Shown here in pieces: positions 57,042 to 64,000 of a stretch of 64,000 nucleotides of DNA (the stretch's first letter is position 1; every line of letters starts with the position of its first letter). A program made the position numbers and the translations under genes. The stretch lies in the sequence record MN091626.1; one strand, written 5' to 3'. The notes under the pieces are model-generated. The model had not been told where the DNA came from. It was given only the letters and a program-made list of their open reading frames with translations, and searched no databases.

Positions 57042-57464
57042 TTAATAGTCTTCTAATTGTTCAGCTAGAGTATCGATAATAGTAGCTTTTTTCCCTGATA
57101 GTTGAATTTCCATATTATCAATAATATTTAATAAAATAGATTTATCTCTAACAGTAATAACTGCTTTTTCTTCATCAATAGCCAATATATCTTCTTTAGC
57201 ATTTGGGAATTCACTTACATTAAGAATAATACTTTCTGGATCTTTAGGGTCTTTAATAATATTACCATTTTCATCTTTTTTAGAAAATTCATCAATCATA
57301 TCTTTTCTATCTTTAGCGTATTCTTCATAAGATTCTTTAAGTTGATTAATGAATTTAGTTCTATGTCTAGATTTATTACCATTAAGTGGAATATTGAATA
57401 ACACATCATATACAGTTTGTAAATCTTCATTTTTAATTGTAACTTGTTCAATTGTTTCTACCAT
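57042..57464 (-). CDS. DUF1617-like phage protein
   Basis: IKNEDL..VYDVL..IPLNGNKSRHRTKF....KE....Y..DR.......KDENG pattern recalled from DUF1617, which sits beside siphovirus tail fibres. Confidence 0.65.
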   Translation of the reverse strand: MVETIEQVTIKNEDLQTVYDVLFNIPLNGNKSRHRTKFINQLKESYEEYAKDRKDMIDEFSKKDENGNIIKDPKDPESIILNVSEFPNAKEDILAIDEEKAVITVRDKSILLNIIDNMEIQLSGKKATIIDTLAEQLEDY

Positions 57465-57581
57465 TTTTAGAAAACTCCTTTTAAATTGATATTTATAATA
57501 TAAATTAAGTTATTATGGCATTTTAAAAAATTACTCAACATTTTATTTATTATGAAACTAATAGAAAGTGGGTAGAAATAT

Positions 57582-58844
57582 ATGCCTCATTTAGGAAAAG
57601 AAAATGGTTATTCCATGTGTACTGCATCGCCTTCATTATCCAGTGTTATATCAGGAGTACAATCATTCATGTGGAACTATTTTAAATCAATGTTCCCTAG
57701 TAATTTTTTTGCTTCAACTTATGTAAATACTTCTCTTAATTCAAATTCATTAAAAGATATGAAGGAACGTAAAAAAGGGTTTCCTCATTTATCAATGAAT
57801 ACTCAATTTGAATTGGGTGACGGTTTTATGTCAGGTTTACCTATGTGGCATAAGACTGATAGATTTGTAATGAAAAATCTTAAAAGAAATTATAGATTAA
57901 TATTTGAAGATGATACAAGAGGAATCAGAATATATACAGTTCCTCAAAGATATAAGATAGTATTTAATTACGGTATATTATTACAAACAGAAATGGGAGC
58001 TTGGAACGTTCTTAATCACATTAATCAAACATTTGAAAATGGTGGTTATAATTATGCTAATGAAATAAGAATACCAACAAAATTACCAGAAATATTTATT
58101 GTTAATATATGTAGAAAATTAGGTTTAGATATTAATAACAATAAAGATAGAATGCAATTAAATGATTATATGATGACAAACGGTTTAGGTCCAATTACTA
58201 ATAAAAAAGATTTATCTACAGGTAAAGAAAAATACACTTATGATTATACTACTAATATATTATTAAACTATCCTGATTTAACTAATTACGAAAAAGAAGT
58301 AACTAATTTAATAAATAAATCAGCTTCAGTTAGATATGCGATATCTGCTGAATTATGGGTACCTGGTAGTTATATATTAGAAATTGAAGATGATTTCAAT
58401 ATTCAAAGAGAAATTGATTCACTTTCAGATGATGTTTTACAATTCGACATTGCTATTTTACAAGATATGATTCCTAAGGAAAATGAAAGAGGAATGAAAT
58501 TATTATTAGAAAGAAACTTTAATACTGAAATGAATGTTAAATTTGATTCAACTCAGATTGAAGAAATATTAGATAAAGATGTTATAAATTCAATTAAAGA
58601 ACTTAATAAGATTAATGGGGATATTCAAAAAATTGTAGAGTTCAAATTATTTAAGAATAATAAACCTATGAGTAAAGATGAATATTTCGTTGATTATGAT
58701 ACGTTTGAATTAATTGTAAAAGAACCTGAAGATAATAAGGTTCACACACTTGTAATGTATGCGGATACACGTAAGATTAATATGATAAATGAATTAATAA
58801 ATCAAGGAAGAAAAAAAGATTTATACAAAATGGACATATTTTAG
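57582..58844 (+). CDS. Hypothetical protein, probably virion structural
   Basis: 420-aa ORF in structural region; near-match AACA-N7-TA upstream. Confidence 0.6.
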   Translation: MPHLGKENGYSMCTASPSLSSVISGVQSFMWNYFKSMFPSNFFASTYVNTSLNSNSLKDMKERKKGFPHLSMNTQFELGDGFMSGLPMWHKTDRFVMKNLKRNYRLIFEDDTRGIRIYTVPQRYKIVFNYGILLQTEMGAWNVLNHINQTFENGGYNYANEIRIPTKLPEIFIVNICRKLGLDINNNKDRMQLNDYMMTNGLGPITNKKDLSTGKEKYTYDYTTNILLNYPDLTNYEKEVTNLINKSASVRYAISAELWVPGSYILEIEDDFNIQREIDSLSDDVLQFDIAILQDMIPKENERGMKLLLERNFNTEMNVKFDSTQIEEILDKDVINSIKELNKINGDIQKIVEFKLFKNNKPMSKDEYFVDYDTFELIVKEPEDNKVHTLVMYADTRKINMINELINQGRKKDLYKMDIF

Positions 58845-58864
58845 AAAAAAAAATCAAAATATTA

Positions 58865-58896
58865 GAGGTAACTATCAAATTAATGATAGTTACCTC
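58865..58896. terminator. Bidirectional terminator
   Basis: GAGGTAACTATCA/TGATAGTTACCTC between convergent genes. Confidence 0.75.
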
Positions 58897-58903
58897 AATT
58901 TTA

Positions 58904-59710
58904 TTATTTTACATTAGTTCTGTATTCAAGAATAGTTTTTACTAAAAGCATATTAGCATTTAATTCTTTAGAAGTTCCTTCAGCTTCTTCAGCTTTAAGT
59001 TTACCTACTTGCTCTAAAGACATCATTTCCATTGGATTAATATTTTTAGGAATTTTACCTGAATTAAGTTTAATAACTTCACTAGCTTGCATAGCTTTAA
59101 TAGATTCATTTAAAAATTCATTAATGACTGAATCTGAAAAGCTTTTAATAACTTTGTTATCTTCTTTTTTAGTGATATCATTACCTTTAATTAAGTCTGC
59201 TCTGTTATAATATACAAATAAATCAATATAAGTTACTAAGATTATATTGTATATTTCTTGGAAATTTAAATTAGTGCCCATATTTTCATCAGTGTAATTC
59301 AACATTAATGCAAATACTCTTTCACTAATATTACTTTGTCCTTCTGGAAGAAATTCATCAAAATCTACACTTCTAGACATTGATAAGAAGTCCATAATAT
59401 TTCTTGCAAAGTTTTCTTCACTGTTTAATTCATTTTCATCAGTAAAGAATTTAATAAAATCAGAATATGATAAACCAGTAATATCATCTGATTTTCTTCT
59501 AATCATTTTCATACTATAAAACTCTCTGAATGTTTTACTATCTCCAGTTGAACCTAATCGATCTTCTAAGATTTCTAATTCTTTTCTATTAGATTCTTCT
59601 TTCATCTCTTTCATTAATACATTTGAAACATCCTCGTTAATTCTTTCTAAGTCATTGTTAAATAATTCAATTGCTTGGTTTAATTCTTCCATTATCCATT
59701 TCATCTCCAT
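58904..59710 (-). CDS. Hypothetical protein
   Basis: GGAG SD; early-type promoter upstream. Confidence 0.75.
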   Translation of the reverse strand: MEMKWIMEELNQAIELFNNDLERINEDVSNVLMKEMKEESNRKELEILEDRLGSTGDSKTFREFYSMKMIRRKSDDITGLSYSDFIKFFTDENELNSEENFARNIMDFLSMSRSVDFDEFLPEGQSNISERVFALMLNYTDENMGTNLNFQEIYNIILVTYIDLFVYYNRADLIKGNDITKKEDNKVIKSFSDSVINEFLNESIKAMQASEVIKLNSGKIPKNINPMEMMSLEQVGKLKAEEAEGTSKELNANMLLVKTILEYRTNVK

Positions 59711-59749
59711 TTATAAAAATTATTTAAGATTATTTAATTACCATTAATC

Positions 59750-59771
59750 TCATTTATATAATATATATTTA
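59750..59771 (-). promoter_or_regulatory. Early-type promoter
   Basis: TAAATATATATTATATAAATGA on minus strand. Confidence 0.65.
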
Positions 59772-59791
59772 AATAATGTTTATAATTTTAT

Positions 59792-60445
59792 TTATATATC
59801 TGAAGCTTCTAATAATTCATTATACTGTTCTATTTGATGATCTAACATGTAATCTTTATAATACGAAACAAATTCATTTACTTTACCAAATATTGAAGAT
59901 AATGGAATGATAATTTTACCTGCATGAGCTAATTGATGATTTGTTTTGGATAGTAATACTAAACCTACTTTATTATCGAAATGTAATTTCATAACTCTTT
60001 CTGCTATATCTATTGATGTAAATTGTTCATCTTCCATTATAGCTCTATTAACTACTATTTCTACAATCTCATATAATGTAAAAGGAAAGTGATGATATTC
60101 CATTGTAACCATGTCTTCTGTTAAATTTGACATTGTTATATCATTTTTTAGATTGTATTCTTCTTTTAATATTGATAAATACTTTTTATATTCATTTGAT
60201 CTTCTTACTAATCCTTCTACATTCTTAATAAATTTCTTTAAACTATTTTCTGATTCTATTTCAAAGTATAAACTTGATATTTGAAATTTACTTTTTTTAT
60301 TTACTAATGTTGTATTATTATTTGAATCTTTCTTGATTAATATATTATTAATTCTATTATTTTTATTTAGTTTAACTTTACTACTTGAAAATTTCTTATT
60401 ATTAAATTTTATATCTACATTTTTATTACTACTCATTTTATTCAA
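59792..60445 (-). CDS. HNH-like nuclease-domain protein
   Basis: EYHHFP ... GLVLLSKTNHQLAH resembles beta-beta-alpha-metal HNH motif. Confidence 0.55.
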   Translation of the reverse strand: MNKMSSNKNVDIKFNNKKFSSSKVKLNKNNRINNILIKKDSNNNTTLVNKKSKFQISSLYFEIESENSLKKFIKNVEGLVRRSNEYKKYLSILKEEYNLKNDITMSNLTEDMVTMEYHHFPFTLYEIVEIVVNRAIMEDEQFTSIDIAERVMKLHFDNKVGLVLLSKTNHQLAHAGKIIIPLSSIFGKVNEFVSYYKDYMLDHQIEQYNELLEASDI

Positions 60446-60959
60446 TTCCTTTTTATTAATTAAAAATTAATTAATTTATTATATTTATATTCTTTATTTA
60501 TTAAAAATTCTTTAATTAAAAATATATTTATTAAAAATTTATTAATAATATTTATATTAATTAAAATTTAATAATTAAAAATAAATAAACTACCCCCTAA
60601 ATCCCCCTTCTTGTAAAACAAATTCCAAACTATATATTAAATTATTAGCTCAGAAAATTAAAAATTTTTACTAAATAATATATCTGTTACAAAATGTATT
60701 AATCTAATACAGATATATTAATATTAAAAAACTAAAAATTTGAATTAATATATTTATATTTAAATATAAATATATTAATTCTTTTTATAAGTATAATTAT
60801 ATAATTATTTCAATCATTGGTATGTTTATTTTTGAATTGAATAGAGAACATATTAAGTTAATATAGATTTTTAAATTAAAAATATTATAGAAAATATACA
60901 GAGATATATAACAACCTTTTATTAAATATACAAAGAGAGCGAGGATTAAATGAGATATA
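60446..60959. other. Extremely AT-rich divergent intergenic region with CCCCCTAAATCCCCC island
   Basis: 60451-60590 almost only A/T; no credible SD-led ORF. Confidence 0.6.
60910..60921 (+). promoter_or_regulatory. AR9-type late promoter
   Basis: AACA-ACCTTT-TA, 39 nt upstream of the 847-aa gene. Confidence 0.55.
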
Positions 60960-63503
60960 ATGGCTATAGAATTTAATGATTTTAATAGATTCAGTAAAGA
61001 TGATTTAAGAAAATACAATCCTCTCTATTTTTATAAAGCATTTACTGAAGAAGATATAGAAAATTTAGATGATGTTATTAAATATTGTCAAGGTCTAATT
61101 ATTAAAGATCAGTCAATGGCAGATAAATTAGAATCAAATGACTCAATGATGGAATCTGATTTATATATAAGAGCTAAAGATGATACACTTGATGATTACT
61201 ATTCAGTTTTCGATAGAGATAGTATATTAAGAACGTATAAAGAAAAAAATCCATACTATGGTAAATTAAGAAATTTATATGATATTGATCCGTATGACTC
61301 AAGAACAACTAGTGATTTTCAAATAATAAAAGCACTTAATAAAACTCTAGATAGTAAAGAAGAGTCTATATTATTGGAAAGTTATACAGAGTCAGTCGAA
61401 TATTTTAAAAAAGTAACTCATACTAGAGCATTTAATAATCAAATATATTACAGAGAAATGTTTTATATGTATCTAATTAATGCAACTCTACATAGATATA
61501 TTAATAAAACTATGTATAGAATATTCGATGTTGATAGATATACAAGGAGAGATCTTAAAAATGCATTTATATCTAATGGTTTGGATTACTTTGATGAGTT
61601 CCCACTTGAATATCAAAGAAGAACTTACAAAAGATTAAATGATTTAATTAGAAATAAAGGCACTAATGAAATATTTCCTATAATTGAAGAAATATTCTCT
61701 ATTAATTCTATTGATATTAATAAATATTATCTAGCTAAGCATCCGAATGATTTGAAATTTTATAAAACTAATGTAAATGATAATTTCAATCCTTATAAAA
61801 ATAACCAATATAGCTACAATGAAATTGTCGATCTTGATCCATATTGGAGAAATACTAAAGAAGAAGTTATGGATAAAGCATTTAACGTTATACAAACTAA
61901 ATATTTGTCTACTGATGCTGTTATAGATATAATTAATAACAGTAAATCTTTATCATTCTTATACAGTTTAATTAACTTAATGAAAGAAGATAAAAATATT
62001 ATCGAAGATGACAGTTTCAATATGACTAATACAAGAATTAGTTCTAGAAAATTTAATGTCTTTGACGGAATTGTTACACTTAATACACTTGTCATAAATT
62101 ATATTAAATGGAATGATAACATTAAGAATGATAAAAATATGAATATATATGCGTATAATTTTAATTCAGATATAAAAGATACTGTAGATGATATTCGTAA
62201 TTATATTTATTCTAGACAATTTGATAAATCAGACTATACTGATTTTGCTAGAGAGTTAAATTTCCTTAATATTAAGAAATTTAAAAATAGAAATACACTA
62301 AGTTATGAAGATATTATAAATGAATATGAATCATCTGACTTAGCTCAAAGACAATTTAAATTCATTTCTGAAATGTTAACTGGTGAAAATGGATCAACAC
62401 AATTAGAATACTATATTGAAAATGATTTAATTATTGATGGTATGAGATATTTATGGACTCAAATATCAAACCCAGAAAGAAACTTCTTATTCAAAAATAT
62501 TTCTTATTATGAAAACTTTATGAAAATATATAAGAAATTCTTAAATGTAATGGTAAGAGATGGAAGAATTGATAGAGAAGATGTATATAAAATAATGATT
62601 GAAGACGAATCAATTGATAAAGAATTAAAAGATTTTGTTAAAATTATGAATGTTAGATTTTTAAATGAATCTTACGATAGATATAAAGACAATAAGAATG
62701 CTGAAAATATTGAAAATATAGTTACTGCAGTCAGAAAATCTATAGACTATTCAATTAAGAATAATCAATATACTTCTAAAAAACAAATATCTAGATATCC
62801 TGCATTAAAATCATATATTTCAGATATATTAGTTTATGATGATTCTGATAAAGATTTAATAAATATTTATGATATTATTAATATGTATAAGCATAATGAA
62901 AAATTCCGTAAAGAACTAGAAGAATTAATATATAATGCGAATGATCCTCATTTAAGAGAAAAATTTATTACATTGCATAAACAACTATTTATCAATAATT
63001 CTAGTAATGATGTATTTAATGGATTTAAGACCTATTCAGATTATCTTAAATTTAAGGAACCTGATTTGTATTATTATACTATTGTAGAATCAGAAATATA
63101 TGATGAAGATACATTTGATAGAGAAACTATCTTTAGAGAAAGAATTTTTGAATTAGTTAGTAGTATTGATAATCATTTAAATTTAAAAGAACAGTATTTC
63201 ACTAATAGTAATTTTGTAGGTATAGTTAATTTTATCAGAGATTATATTACTATTTTAATTACATTATTTAAATCTTATTCAACTGATTTAATTTATACTA
63301 GTCTATTATTTAAATTAGACGATAAATTTGAAAATAGTATACATTTAATAGATGAAGCCAATGTTAAGTATAGTGGAACTTCTAAAAAAGTAGATAAGAT
63401 CAATACACTTGACAATAAAAATATCATTGATAAAATTAATAGAAAAGAAAGTATTGAGACTAAAGATGAATTAAAAATCTCAATAATTAAGAAGGGAGAT
63501 TAA
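60960..63503 (+). CDS. Putative baseplate wedge-type structural protein
   Basis: RRTYKRLNDLIRNKGTNEIF resembles the R..IK.A..L...KGT signature of P2 gpI/T4 gp7-like wedge proteins; weak. Confidence 0.5.
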   Translation: MAIEFNDFNRFSKDDLRKYNPLYFYKAFTEEDIENLDDVIKYCQGLIIKDQSMADKLESNDSMMESDLYIRAKDDTLDDYYSVFDRDSILRTYKEKNPYYGKLRNLYDIDPYDSRTTSDFQIIKALNKTLDSKEESILLESYTESVEYFKKVTHTRAFNNQIYYREMFYMYLINATLHRYINKTMYRIFDVDRYTRRDLKNAFISNGLDYFDEFPLEYQRRTYKRLNDLIRNKGTNEIFPIIEEIFSINSIDINKYYLAKHPNDLKFYKTNVNDNFNPYKNNQYSYNEIVDLDPYWRNTKEEVMDKAFNVIQTKYLSTDAVIDIINNSKSLSFLYSLINLMKEDKNIIEDDSFNMTNTRISSRKFNVFDGIVTLNTLVINYIKWNDNIKNDKNMNIYAYNFNSDIKDTVDDIRNYIYSRQFDKSDYTDFARELNFLNIKKFKNRNTLSYEDIINEYESSDLAQRQFKFISEMLTGENGSTQLEYYIENDLIIDGMRYLWTQISNPERNFLFKNISYYENFMKIYKKFLNVMVRDGRIDREDVYKIMIEDESIDKELKDFVKIMNVRFLNESYDRYKDNKNAENIENIVTAVRKSIDYSIKNNQYTSKKQISRYPALKSYISDILVYDDSDKDLINIYDIINMYKHNEKFRKELEELIYNANDPHLREKFITLHKQLFINNSSNDVFNGFKTYSDYLKFKEPDLYYYTIVESEIYDEDTFDRETIFRERIFELVSSIDNHLNLKEQYFTNSNFVGIVNFIRDYITILITLFKSYSTDLIYTSLLFKLDDKFENSIHLIDEANVKYSGTSKKVDKINTLDNKNIIDKINRKESIETKDELKISIIKKGD

Positions 63504-63508
63504 AAAGC

Positions 63509-64000
63509 TTGTTTAATTTTGATAGATTTTCAAGAAGACTTGTTGAAAGTAACGCTATGGAACAAGAAAAAATAGATGAGATAAGCTCAAGAGTGGAAAC
63601 AAGAGACTCTAACGCTATTAATATCAAATCAGATTTTAAAGAAGATATAGGAAATTATATTAAAGGTATTGTTAAATTTTCTAATCCTAGAACAGGTGAA
63701 CTAATACATCAAGAAGAAAATTTAGTTTTAATGAGAACTCGTGTTTGGTTATTAGAAAAATTATTTGGTAAAGGTATACCTTCAAACTATAATGCAGATA
63801 GTACTCCTGATCGTACAATTTGTTTATTCTCGATTGGGTCAGGTGGAGCAGATGTTAACAATGCAGCTTTTTCTCCTTATACAGTTAAGTATTCGGATCA
63901 AAAATTAAATAGACCAATTCCATTTGTAGTAGAAAATCCAGATAAAGAAAACTCTGATTTAACTGCAAATAATCCTAGTATGATTGAAGAATTATCTGAT
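63509..64000 (+). CDS. Putative tail/baseplate protein, 3'-truncated, not in ORF track
   Basis: AAGGGAG SD, TTG start, open to window end: MFNFDRFSRRLVESNAMEQ...ENLVLMRTRVWLLEKLFG...ICLFSIGSGG. Confidence 0.7.
   Translation, partial: MFNFDRFSRRLVESNAMEQEKIDEISSRVETRDSNAINIKSDFKEDIGNYIKGIVKFSNPRTGELIHQEENLVLMRTRVWLLEKLFGKGIPSNYNADSTPDRTICLFSIGSGGADVNNAAFSPYTVKYSDQKLNRPIPFVVENPDKENSDLTANNPSMIEELSD

Noticed and set aside
1027-62095. Short overlapping or antisense ORFs in the track (1027, 2264, 2812, 6107, 10579, 11182, 11993, 18010, 18935, 19652, 23378, 24693, 24921, 29449, 29708, 29760, 30318, 31982, 35914, 39794, 47531, 49926, 56362, 56736-57045 region, 60797, 61814)
   Set aside because: They overlap well-supported genes, lack SD sequences and have shadow-frame composition
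1-64000. tRNA, rRNA, group I/II introns, retron reverse transcriptase, IS elements
   Set aside because: No cloverleaf or T-loop pattern, interrupted core gene, YADD-type motif or transposase seen by eye; a tRNAscan or Infernal run would be needed to exclude them formally

Overview
Very AT-rich, gene-dense 64 kb segment of a Firmicutes-infecting jumbo myophage of the AR9/PBS1-like group. Staphylococcus jumbo phages are the best match by gene content; this is inferred, not database-confirmed. Core genes are RecA/UvsX, three split multisubunit RNA polymerase genes (beta-C, beta-N, and beta'-N with a GADYDGD catalytic motif), NAD-dependent DNA ligase, an HU-like protein, primase, RusA resolvase and an HNH-like protein. 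A minus-strand module carries two giant siphovirus-like tail/receptor-binding proteins, a DUF1617-like gene and a holin. Putative baseplate genes lie at the right end. About 5.5-40.7 kb is mostly accessory early genes. Main unexplained signals: (1) at least 13, up to 18, otherwise dissimilar proteins end in the same fixed-register 16-residue tail, [ILV][STDN]xKEY[KR]xxxx[VI]Kx[NST]FK-stop. (2) A TATATATTATAA early-promoter motif is almost always followed immediately by a stem-loop. (3) At 25.5-28.8 kb, repeated promoter/gene cassettes carry a recurrent TTTCTATGATCC motif, twice embedded in a predicted H-type pseudoknot. (4) AR9-type AACA-N6-TA late promoters precede structural genes. (5) recA and rusA share a 35-nt upstream element. 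No tRNA, rRNA, CRISPR array, intron or transposon was recognised.
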